A DNA stretch of 64,000 nt from an uncultured Deferribacteres bacterium. Its GTDB lineage: Bacteria; Zhuqueibacterota; JdFR-76; DREG01. The translations under genes and the position numbers were made by a program. This document shows, one piece after another, positions 41,732-52,170 of the stretch. Numbering within the stretch: the first letter of the stretch is position 1; every line of letters starts with the position of its first letter. The notes beneath the pieces are model-generated. The model saw only the letters and a list, made by a program, of their open reading frames with translations, did no database searches and was not told the DNA's origin. The DNA lies in the NCBI GenBank assembly GCA_913009825.1, contig CAJVYQ010000002.1:82675-146674 (forward strand), read 5' to 3'.

Positions 41732-42025
41732 ATGAATATTAACAGGAGATTGGCTCAAAAAAGCTTATCAAAAAAAGGTTTTCGGAAAGACAAATCAAGA
41801 GACCATGTTTATTACTTCCATGAATACAAAGGAAAAGAATCGGGTATTTTTACTTATGTTTCACATTCTACAAAATTCCGAGATTTAACCAGAGACATAT
41901 TATCTAAAATTAAAAAGGAACTTAGACTTAACACCAATTTGGAAGTATATAATTTTCTTACCTGCCCAATGGATGAAAATGAATATAATCGTATTTTAAT
42001 TGAAAGAGGGATTTTAAAGCTCTAA
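41732..42025 (+). CDS. HicA-like toxin (dsRBD-fold RNase) candidate
   Basis: Basic 97 aa; LSKKGF...DHVYY...TYVSH...LSKIKKEL pattern. Confidence 0.65.
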   Translation: MNINRRLAQKSLSKKGFRKDKSRDHVYYFHEYKGKESGIFTYVSHSTKFRDLTRDILSKIKKELRLNTNLEVYNFLTCPMDENEYNRILIERGILKL

Positions 42026-42219
42026 ACATTTCCATCAAAATGTTACCAAAACATTACCAGTTTACAATTCAAACATATAAAGCTCAACAAAAGTAAATCT
42101 AAATAATTCTTTGTTTTTTCAGAAGGTTGCGTTATCTCACAACAGGGTTTTAAATTACTTCGGATCAGAGGAGTGGGAATTCGAGTCCTCCCGGGCGCGT
42201 TTAAGAAAAACATGAATTT

Positions 42220-42246
42220 AAGCCTGATTTTTTTCGGGCTTTTTTT
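42220..42246 (+). terminator. Putative intrinsic terminator after attR (likely the original tRNA operon terminator)
   Basis: AAGCCTGA-T6-TCGGGCTT hairpin followed by a T tract. Confidence 0.6.
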
Positions 42247-42479
42247 ATTCCCCCCGGTAGTGTCAAATGAGTCATTTTACATGTTTTCACATCTGTATTT
42301 TCATATTAGCCATATTTCATTCTGCACATACTTGACCCCGGGGGAACCCGGGCGCCAAAATTTTACGTAAAAACAAAAAATTGTTATACTCATTACTTAT
42401 CGGTTTTATCTTGATTTCCATGCGTTCGCCTTGTAAATTATTTCAGATAATATTTATGCAATTTAAAAGAAAAGGATAA

Positions 42480-44711
<2,232 letters not shown>

Positions 44712-44939
44712 AACCGTGGAGATTGTCATCAATCGATAAGGTTTGGAAATTTTTCTCCCGGGCAATTCGCAAATTTGAAAAGACTCTTTTCGTTGAATCC
44801 GCGTCACCGGATCAACAAATTTACCGGGAAAGGAATCTGAGTTTTTGCAGGATGTGTTTTTTCAGAGGAATTTCGCAGGGCGAAAATATATTGTCGGGGC
44901 AGAAGTTCGACCCCTGCCCCTTTGGTTTTAATTTCTTTT

Positions 44940-46103
44940 CTACTCAAAAACAACGCGCTTAGAATTTGCTTTTTTCGGATCGTGTAAATATGTTCCTATA
45001 CCTTTTTCGATGACCTCGGCGTACCGGGGAATGTTGCGACAAACCAACGGTTTTTTGGGATGATCTTCTGTCCAGCTTTCCATGGTTTGCAAAATCGTTG
45101 ATGTGTGCCGGCCAACGCGAACATCGATGGGCCAACCGTTCTCATCGATTTTTTCAAATAACAAGCCATGTTCGCCCGCTTTCATTACAAATGCATCTTT
45201 ACCGGTCAATAATTGTTCCCGTGTGGTTTTTCCTCTGGTTGCGTCTAAAAAAGGTTCCGGAGCTTCAAACAGAAGAGAAATGGCGTTAGAATAGTCCCCA
45301 ACTTCCCGATGTGACAAACCATGAAGGTTTTTGGGTGAAAATTCCGTGCCAATATTAAATCCTTCCATATCTGTCAGCATCATGGAAACCATAGTTGCCA
45401 ATTCCTGGCCTTTCTCGTGGGTAACAATTGTGCTGATGACCGGATATTGAAGTTCTGCTTCATGGAGATCGATGAAAATATCCACGTTCTCTTTCCGGAT
45501 TAATTCCATGAAGGCATAAGTTGTTTTTTCAGTTAAGGTGCCGTTGGGTCGGCCCGGCCAGGTACGGTTCAGATTTCTGATATCCACATAAGCCAGATTT
45601 TGATTGCTTGGGTAGTGAATATAAACTTCCGGATCCGGCCATTGATCCAACGGATTGGACCACCGGTCACCCATGCGAAATTTTTGTCCACCCCAGGCGG
45701 TGGGAATAGTGAAATCCGGAGGATAACCCCCACCGATTCGGGTGACGGTAGATGCGCTTCGGTTTGCACTGAGAACCACAATCAGCCTGCCCTTTTCCAT
45801 CACCGCATTTTCGGCAAACAGCCAGGGTGCAAGGCGGCCGGCGGGTTCTTCCGGGTGGGTTCCGCCGAGAATCATCAACGTTGCCCCTTTTTCTTTACCC
45901 TCAAAAAAATAGATGTGACAATCGTCAGTGCTTCCCTTTATGGCAGGAAAGTAATCGCTCAACCGTTTCACTGTCGACACACCCGGACTCAGGACAACCG
46001 GTTCTTTCAGATGTCGGCTCTGATAAAAGCTAATTCCGGCCGGAATAAAGAGGATCAAACCAATTGCACTAAAAATTATTTTGCGTATTGCGGAAATGTT
46101 CAT
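44940..46103 (-). CDS. Membrane-anchored succinylglutamate desuccinylase/aspartoacylase (M14-like) metallohydrolase
   Basis: GGTHPEE, RNLNRTWPG, IDLHEA, N-terminal TM; start placed at MNISAIRK. Confidence 0.85.
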   Translation of the reverse strand: MNISAIRKIIFSAIGLILFIPAGISFYQSRHLKEPVVLSPGVSTVKRLSDYFPAIKGSTDDCHIYFFEGKEKGATLMILGGTHPEEPAGRLAPWLFAENAVMEKGRLIVVLSANRSASTVTRIGGGYPPDFTIPTAWGGQKFRMGDRWSNPLDQWPDPEVYIHYPSNQNLAYVDIRNLNRTWPGRPNGTLTEKTTYAFMELIRKENVDIFIDLHEAELQYPVISTIVTHEKGQELATMVSMMLTDMEGFNIGTEFSPKNLHGLSHREVGDYSNAISLLFEAPEPFLDATRGKTTREQLLTGKDAFVMKAGEHGLLFEKIDENGWPIDVRVGRHTSTILQTMESWTEDHPKKPLVCRNIPRYAEVIEKGIGTYLHDPKKANSKRVVFE

Positions 46104-46114
46104 TTCTACGCTTC

Positions 46115-46279
46115 CTATTTCAATCTGAACAACCGTAAAAGAAAGGGAATTAAAACAATGATGTAAAGAATTTCTTTTTCCCATGTTTTGCTTTTGATGA
46201 GATTAAGAACTAAAATAAAAACGATATAGGCAATGAATAAATAGTAAAGAATTGTAACGATTGTGGTTAAAAAATCCAT
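46115..46279 (-). CDS. Small 54-aa two-TM membrane protein (not in the ORF track)
   Basis: MDFLTTIVTILYYLFIAYIVFILVLNLIKSKTWEKEILYIIVLIPFLLRLFRLK*; fills the operon gap between permease and hydrolase. Confidence 0.75.
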   Translation of the reverse strand: MDFLTTIVTILYYLFIAYIVFILVLNLIKSKTWEKEILYIIVLIPFLLRLFRLK

Positions 46280-46328
46280 ATCTATTCCCAATTTAAGCAG
46301 CGTATTAAACCGATTCCTTTATCCGGAT

Positions 46329-47621
46329 TTAAAGCCCGGTTAAAAAGCCCAAATGTTTACTAAAAATAACCATAACTGTGCCAATGATCATGATGAGCAC
46401 AGCAGGGACGATACATGTTTTCAGAAATTTGGTATAGGAATCTTCATATCCAACTACCTGAACCGTTAATCTGCCAATGATGGCGGTTGGCGGTAAAGCG
46501 TCTCCCAATGGCCAGATTACGCTTAGTCCGGCTAAGGCAACGATGGGGTTCAAGCCAATTGTATTGAACAACAAAACCAAAGGTACCCCAATCACCGGGG
46601 CGGCGCCATACATTAGAATGGCTTCAGAAACCGGCATCATTAAAAAGAGACCGGCAAAAACCAAAGTTACCGGCAGAGTAACCGCTGTTACTGCCAGCAA
46701 ACCGCGAACTCCTGTTAAAGTCATTATTTGAATCAATATTCCTACCGCGGTTAGTGTACCGATAAGCGGCAGTAGCTGTTCAATAGTATCGCGGGAAATT
46801 TTGATAAAATTCAATTTTACCGGTGAAAGCAAAAATGAGGTAAGTGCGGCAAATAAAAACATCAAAGGTAATCCGATTATCGGCGTGGAATGGGGCCACT
46901 GCCGGCCCATAAAAATAAAAAATAGAAACACAAAAAACGGCAGGATTACTTTAAACCAGTTCATTTTATCCGGCGGCAAAGGAAGTTCCTGTAGCGCTTT
47001 TTCGATATTTGTGTCCTCTCCTTTCCACCCCAGCAGAAAAATAGTAATCAATGCTGCAACTACACAGGGGATCAGCAACGGCATAAAAAATCCGACGTAT
47101 GGCATATTAACACCTGCTGCTGTCATCATAGCCCAAAGACTGACGGGTGGCGCCGCTGCGCTTAAACCGGCAATGATAAAAATGATGGCGGCGGTTTTAG
47201 ATTTTGAAATTCCCATATAGTTTAAAACAACGGCAACCATGCCACCGGTAATCAAAACCGTAACACTGCCGGCTCCGGTAAGTGCTCCCGGTACCAGCAG
47301 CAAAAAAGTTAGCAAAATTAATAATAGCGCTCTGTTCTTATGAAACTTTTTTAAAATACCACGCACAACAAAGGCAATACCACCGGATTCTTTTAGAATA
47401 TTCATAAATAAAGTGGCGGTGATGAAAATCAGGTTTATATCCAGGTATGTGATGGAACCTTCTGCAATCTGACGTGGCGGAATACCAAAACCACCGGCAA
47501 GGCTGCCGGCCAGTGCGGCTGCCAACATAGAAAGTTCGGTGGAAATTTTAAAAATTTTTGCGAGAATGTAGACCAAAACCATGACGCCGAGAATGATCTC
47601 GGTATATGTAAACATATTCAC
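46329..47621 (-). CDS. TRAP DctM-like / ion-transporter superfamily permease
   Basis: About 12 TM segments, GALTGAGS, AAPPVS, GDALPPTA. Confidence 0.82.
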   Translation of the reverse strand: MNMFTYTEIILGVMVLVYILAKIFKISTELSMLAAALAGSLAGGFGIPPRQIAEGSITYLDINLIFITATLFMNILKESGGIAFVVRGILKKFHKNRALLLILLTFLLLVPGALTGAGSVTVLITGGMVAVVLNYMGISKSKTAAIIFIIAGLSAAAPPVSLWAMMTAAGVNMPYVGFFMPLLIPCVVAALITIFLLGWKGEDTNIEKALQELPLPPDKMNWFKVILPFFVFLFFIFMGRQWPHSTPIIGLPLMFLFAALTSFLLSPVKLNFIKISRDTIEQLLPLIGTLTAVGILIQIMTLTGVRGLLAVTAVTLPVTLVFAGLFLMMPVSEAILMYGAAPVIGVPLVLLFNTIGLNPIVALAGLSVIWPLGDALPPTAIIGRLTVQVVGYEDSYTKFLKTCIVPAVLIMIIGTVMVIFSKHLGFLTGL

Positions 47622-47632
47622 CGATTCGGTTC

Positions 47633-48235
47633 CTATTTTTGATAAAGTTTTTTAAGAACGTTCCCCAATTCCATGTTTTTTTCGAAAAGAATCACAGGAA
47701 TTTTTTTTACTTTTGAAATAGTAGTAAATCTGCCATCTTCATCCCCGTCTTTGCGGACAATGAGCAGATCGGATTGGGGACAAACAACATCGATGGAAAG
47801 CTCATCAGAATTATCACCTGCAGCGGCGCCCTGTGATCTCCTGGCCATTCCTTCGATGTGCGACCCAATAATCATAATTCCCTCTTTTTTCGCCTCGGCC
47901 ATCAATTTTTTAATGCGTTTCAGTTCATCATCAATAGAAATTCCAGCAGCTCCCATTCCTTTCAGGCTGGCGCCGGTGACAATTATAAGAGATTTAAAAG
48001 GTTTTCCGGCTTTTTTTTTGGCGATGAGGTCTTCGGCGGTTGCCTGTAAATTATATTCATAATCGAATTTTAACCGTTTCATAAAAATTTTCATTTTTAT
48101 CGGACCCGGACTTTGGCCGCAGGATGTGATCAAAACAGGCAATTCAGCTTTTTTCTGCTTTTCCTGGGAAAATAAGGGTTGCAGGAGTGCAAGCAAAAAA
48201 AAGGTTGTAAGAAGGATTGTTGTTTTATTTACCAT
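47633..48235 (-). CDS. Secreted DUF6305-like protein
   Basis: Signal peptide, LITSCGQS, GASLKGMGAAGISIDDE, HIEG..RR. Confidence 0.7.
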   Translation of the reverse strand: MVNKTTILLTTFFLLALLQPLFSQEKQKKAELPVLITSCGQSPGPIKMKIFMKRLKFDYEYNLQATAEDLIAKKKAGKPFKSLIIVTGASLKGMGAAGISIDDELKRIKKLMAEAKKEGIMIIGSHIEGMARRSQGAAAGDNSDELSIDVVCPQSDLLIVRKDGDEDGRFTTISKVKKIPVILFEKNMELGNVLKKLYQK

Positions 48236-48474
48236 TTCTATCTCCTTTCTTTAATATTTTGCGTTTCTGACTTAATCATTATAAAATTCAGGGAATCGAA
48301 AAGGTTCAATTTAATTATCTGAGACCCGGTTTTTTTACTAAACTTATTTTACTAAAATTATTTACAAATGCAAGAGGAAAAAGATAGGCTACCCGAAAAC
48401 GAAAAATATTTTTCACAAGAATTGCATAAAAAATATTTTGTGCTACTGTTTTGCTCATTATTTGCCAAAAAGGC

Positions 48475-48503
48475 TTGATTTTTTTTTATTATTGCCTTAA
48501 CTT
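48475..48503 (+). promoter_or_regulatory. Putative sigma70-type promoter for the tRNA-Glu/tRNA-Arg/tadA unit
   Basis: TTGATT-N17-TAACTT. Confidence 0.45.
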
Positions 48504-48557
48504 TTAAAGTCTGAATTGAATAGGCTCATTGATAAGGATTTTTGTTTGCTTTTGAGC

Positions 48558-48613
48558 GGCGCATTCGTTTAGTGGCTTGGGACGTCCCGTTCAAACGGGA
48601 TAACACGGGTTCG
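48558..48613 (+). pseudogene. Truncated tRNA-Glu-like pseudogene
   Basis: GGCGCATTCGTTTAGTGGCTTGGGACG...TAACACGGGTTCG parallels tRNA-Glu at 48695 but has a different anticodon arm and no 3' end. Confidence 0.75.
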
Positions 48614-48694
48614 CAAAACATAGCGAATTTTCAATGGATGAAAGGATGCCCGGCAAACAAAACAGATCGATGGACTAAGATTTTGGTTTATAAT

Positions 48695-48767
48695 GGCGCA
48701 TTCGTCTAGTGGCCTAGGACGCCGGCCTCTCACGTCGGTAACACGGGTTCGACTCCCGTATGCGCTA
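48695..48767 (+). tRNA. tRNA-Glu(CTC)
   Basis: GGCGCAT/ATGCGCT, CCGGC-CT-CTC-AC-GTCGG, GTTCGACTC. Confidence 0.94.
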
Positions 48768-48777
48768 CAAATATTTT

Positions 48778-48851
48778 GCGCCCGTCGCTCAACTGGATAG
48801 AGCATCTGACTACGGATCAGAAGGTTAGAGGTTCGAATCCTCTCGGGCGTA
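48778..48851 (+). tRNA. tRNA-Arg(ACG)
   Basis: GCGCCCG/CGGGCGT, TCTGA-CT-ACG-GA-TCAGA. Confidence 0.95.
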
Positions 48852-48863
48852 CTTGAAGTAACT

Positions 48864-49337
48864 ATGATGAATAGTGAAGATCAACATAACAAATGGATGC
48901 GCGAGGCTTTTCGTGAAGCCGTGAAGGCGTATAAAGAAGGTGAGGTTCCTGTAGGCGCTGTTGTTGTGTTGCATAGTCGCATCATAGGCAGGGGACATAA
49001 CAGAGTGGAAGCGTTACAGGATGCCACGGCACATGCGGAAATTCTGGCATTAACGGCGGCATTCAATACTCTGTCATCGTGGCGGTTGGATGATGCCGTG
49101 CTTTATGTCACTCTTGAGCCGTGTGTGATGTGTGCCGGAGCGATCATGAACGCCAGAATCAATCGGATTGTTTTTGGCACGTTTGATTCGAGAGCCGGCG
49201 CCTGCGGGTCACGGTTCAATTTGCCGGAAGATCCCAGGAGTTTATTTAATGTTGATATTACCTCCGGGATTATGGCACTGCAGTGTAGTAAGATATTGCG
49301 ATCGTTTTTTCAATTGAAGAGACAGCAGCAGAATTAA
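48864..49337 (+). CDS. tadA: tRNA adenosine(34) deaminase
   Basis: EVPVGA, TAHAE, TLEPCVMCAGA. Confidence 0.93.
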   Translation: MMNSEDQHNKWMREAFREAVKAYKEGEVPVGAVVVLHSRIIGRGHNRVEALQDATAHAEILALTAAFNTLSSWRLDDAVLYVTLEPCVMCAGAIMNARINRIVFGTFDSRAGACGSRFNLPEDPRSLFNVDITSGIMALQCSKILRSFFQLKRQQQN

Positions 49338-49398
49338 ATTTTGGTGGTTGGCGAAAGCGTTGCCAGTCACCTTATTTTATGTTGGCATAATTTTTCCG

Positions 49399-49483
49399 GG
49401 AGAGGTGTCCGAGTGGCCGAAGGAGCACGCTTGGAAAGCGTGTGTAGGATTTCTTACCGTGGGTTCGAATCCCACCCTCTCCG
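49399..49483 (+). tRNA. tRNA-Ser(GGA)
   Basis: GGAGAGG/CCTCTCC, CACGC-TT-GGA-AA-GCGTG. Confidence 0.95.
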
Positions 49484-49578
49484 CAGGTTTTGTTCTTTGC
49501 AATTGTTCTACCGGAAGACCAATTGAAATGAATTCTACGATTTATTTTAACAGGCCTTCCATCCTTTTCGCAAACACT

Positions 49579-49651
49579 GGGGCAGTAGCTCAGTTGGGAG
49601 AGCGGTACGTTCGCAACGTATAGGCCGAGGGTTCGAGTCCCTTCTGCTCCA
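49579..49651 (+). tRNA. tRNA-Ala(CGC)
   Basis: GGGGCAG/CTGCTCC with G3.U70, GTACG-TT-CGC-AA-CGTAT. Confidence 0.94.
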
Positions 49652-49721
49652 CTTTTGTTATTTGACAAAAGATAGAATATGCACGGTTTATCTGGAAAGT
49701 TTTATTCTGTCTGAAAAGGTT

Positions 49722-49996
49722 TGGCTGTGCTAGACGGGGAGCTAGCGGTGCCCTGTACCTGCAATCCGCTATAGCAGGGTCGAATGCCCACATTGAGGTT
49801 CAGCCGCCCGATTTTTCTCGTTGACTTTCCGGTGATGAGAGTACAAGTCTCTCGCAATGCAAAGGTGCCCAATCCCGTCAGGACCGGGAGGTAGCAGCGG
49901 TCAGCATTCTGAACATGTGCCGGGAGGTAGCTTGTCTTGAACCGGGAGTCGATAGAGTGGATCAGGTACAGCGAATCGAAGGTGGGTGCACAGCCA
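49722..49996 (+). ncRNA. ffs: Signal recognition particle RNA, large (Alu-containing) bacterial type
   Basis: Terminal helix TGGCTGTGC/GCACAGCCA, Alu-like GCGGTGCCCTGTACCTGCAATCCGCT, helix 8 TCAGGACCGGGAGGTAGCAGC; upstream of dnaX. Confidence 0.92.
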
Positions 49997-50070
49997 TTAT
50001 TTTTCTGTAGTTACATTCAAGTTTTTAGTATCCGTTTTTTTATTTACTTTATATGTTGAGACGATTCTTT

Positions 50071-51831
50071 ATGGCCTATCAAGTTTTGGCATTAAAATGG
50101 CGACCCTCCGGTTTTGACCAGGTGGTTGCGCAGGACCATGTGACGCAGACTCTTAAAAATGCGATCACTTCTAACCGGATTGCCAATGCATATCTGTTCA
50201 CCGGCCCCCGGGGTGTGGGAAAAACTACCACAGCCAGAATTTTTGCCAAAGCCCTCAATTGCAAAGAGGGGCCTACGCCAAACCCCTGTAATCACTGCTC
50301 TATTTGCTTGAAAATTACGTCAGGTCAATGTTTGGATGTGTTAGAAATCGATGGCGCTTCCAACCGCGGCATTGATGAGATTCGTAATTTGCGGGAAAAT
50401 ATCCGCTATGTCCCAAGTTCTGCAAAATTTAAAATTTATATTGTTGATGAAGTCCACATGTTAACAACGGAAGCGTTTAATGCTCTGTTGAAAACTTTGG
50501 AAGAACCGCCGCCTCATGTTCGTTTCATCTTTGCCACAACCGAACCACACAAAGTTCCCGCTACTATTCTCTCCCGCTGTCAGCGTTTCGATTTTAAACG
50601 GATCCCATTGGAGCGAATTATCGGTCAGTTAAAATTAATTTGTGACAATGAAAACATTCAAGCCGATGATGAATCGTTGTTGCTTGTGGCTAAAAAAGCG
50701 GACGGCAGTTTGCGTGATGCGGAAAGTCTGTTGGATCAGTTGGTTTCATTTTGCGGCCCGGAGATAAAGGTAGATGAAGTACTCAAAGCCTTCAGTGCGG
50801 TAAGCCAGGATTTGTACTTTCAATTGACTGATATTATCCTGGCAAATGATATTAGGACGGGATTAAATTTCGTAGATAATCTGATCAGTGCCGGCCATGA
50901 TATCAATGAATTTTTAATGGGGTTGATTGAACATTTGCGTAATCTTCTCTTTTCTCTCGCCACTGAAGATAAAAAACTTCTTGAAACATCCGAAAACTAC
51001 AAAACCCGCTATTTGGAAGTAAGTGGAAAATTCACACAAGAAGACTTGTTGCGAATGATTCAGATTGTTTCGGATACGGAATTTAAAATCAAGAAAAGTC
51101 CCAATCCCCGGGTTAAACTGGAAATGTGTATTTTTACCCTTTTAAAAATGAACAGAAGTGTAACCCTTACCCAGGTAATTGAACAGTTGAGCGGTTTAAA
51201 GAGCGACACTGTGGCAGATTTGAAGAACAAACCCTCTGGTGTACCGGTTACTCCCCAGCCGTCTCAGCATGCCCATGCTGTAGCCAGAGAGCCGGGGCAG
51301 AAAGTTTCCGGGCAAGCAGATCAAAAAAAAAAACCGGATTATCTGAACCAACCTTATTTTGAACCTTCTGTTTCTGAAATTCACGAATCCTCTCCCGGGG
51401 TCGCCGAAGAAATTTCGGCCCAACCGACTTTAACAATCGATTTATTCAAAACGAAATGGCAGGAAATCATCGCCAATGTTCAAAAACGCCGCGTATTTGT
51501 TAGTGTCTTTTTGAAAGAGGGGCAGCCGGTTCAATTTAGCGAAAACACGCTTAAAATTGAATTTCACAGCGAAAACGGTTTTCAATTGGAAGCGGTTAAA
51601 AAAAACAGGGATCTCATTCTACAGGCGATTCAGGATATTGTCGGCTCAACGGTACAGTTGGAATTTATTAAATCAGATCAGGCAAAAAAAAACGGCGAGA
51701 TGATTGAAGAACAGGATATGCCGCACAACCGTATTCCGGTGCAAAAAAAAATTGATCCCAAAGTGAAAAGATTGATCGATATATTTGAAGGCGAAATTTT
51801 AACAAACGGAGGCTATCATGGCAAAACCTAA
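50071..51831 (+). CDS. dnaX: DNA polymerase III subunit gamma/tau
   Basis: LALKWRP, GPRGVGKT, Zn-binding Cys cluster, EIDGASN, DEVHML, SRCQRF. Confidence 0.97.
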   Translation: MAYQVLALKWRPSGFDQVVAQDHVTQTLKNAITSNRIANAYLFTGPRGVGKTTTARIFAKALNCKEGPTPNPCNHCSICLKITSGQCLDVLEIDGASNRGIDEIRNLRENIRYVPSSAKFKIYIVDEVHMLTTEAFNALLKTLEEPPPHVRFIFATTEPHKVPATILSRCQRFDFKRIPLERIIGQLKLICDNENIQADDESLLLVAKKADGSLRDAESLLDQLVSFCGPEIKVDEVLKAFSAVSQDLYFQLTDIILANDIRTGLNFVDNLISAGHDINEFLMGLIEHLRNLLFSLATEDKKLLETSENYKTRYLEVSGKFTQEDLLRMIQIVSDTEFKIKKSPNPRVKLEMCIFTLLKMNRSVTLTQVIEQLSGLKSDTVADLKNKPSGVPVTPQPSQHAHAVAREPGQKVSGQADQKKKPDYLNQPYFEPSVSEIHESSPGVAEEISAQPTLTIDLFKTKWQEIIANVQKRRVFVSVFLKEGQPVQFSENTLKIEFHSENGFQLEAVKKNRDLILQAIQDIVGSTVQLEFIKSDQAKKNGEMIEEQDMPHNRIPVQKKIDPKVKRLIDIFEGEILTNGGYHGKT

Positions 51832-52156
51832 CTTAGGAGCCTTGTTAGGACAAGTTCAGAAAATGCAGGCAAAAATGGAAAAAGCTCAGGAAGGGTTGGT
51901 TGAAATAGAAGTGGAAGGCAGTGCCGGCGGCGGTATGGTAACCGTAACGGCCAATGCTAAGCAGGAAATTTTGCGTATAAAAATTGATCCGGAAGTGGTT
52001 GATCCCGATGATATTGATATGTTGGAAGATCTGGTTGTTGCTGCGACCAATCAGGCGCTGGAGAAAGCGCAAGCGGCTGCTAATGAACATATTCAAAAAG
52101 AAGCCGGCTCCATGATGCCTAATTTACCCGGTGGTTTCAAGATTCCCGGATTTTAA
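51818..52156 (+). CDS. ybaB: YbaB/EbfC nucleoid-associated protein
   Basis: GSAGGGMV, DMLEDLVVAA.N.A; between dnaX and recR. Confidence 0.95.
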   Translation: MAKPNLGALLGQVQKMQAKMEKAQEGLVEIEVEGSAGGGMVTVTANAKQEILRIKIDPEVVDPDDIDMLEDLVVAATNQALEKAQAAANEHIQKEAGSMMPNLPGGFKIPGF

Positions 52157-52170
52157 GGAATTGTCATTCC

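Larger units (their letters stand above)
40241..42212. mobile_element. Degenerate genomic islet integrated at tRNA-Arg(TCG)
   Basis: 56-bp direct repeats 40241-40296 and 42157-42212 (50/56 identical), integrase remnant, visibly AT-rich cargo. Confidence 0.85.

Noticed and set aside
44896..44920. GGGGCAG-N11-CTGCCCC hairpin with a GTTCGAC loop as a tRNA fragment or REP
   Set aside because: Single copy with no other tRNA arms; more simply a terminator-like hairpin between convergent genes
44723..44962. 79-aa ORF downstream of icd
   Set aside because: TTG start, no recognisable motifs, overlaps the convergent gene end
48585..48600. TCA in the pseudo-tRNA loop as an opal suppressor or tRNA-Sec anticodon
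   Set aside because: The loop is 6 nt, the 3' T-stem and acceptor strand are missing, and there are no tRNA-Sec features
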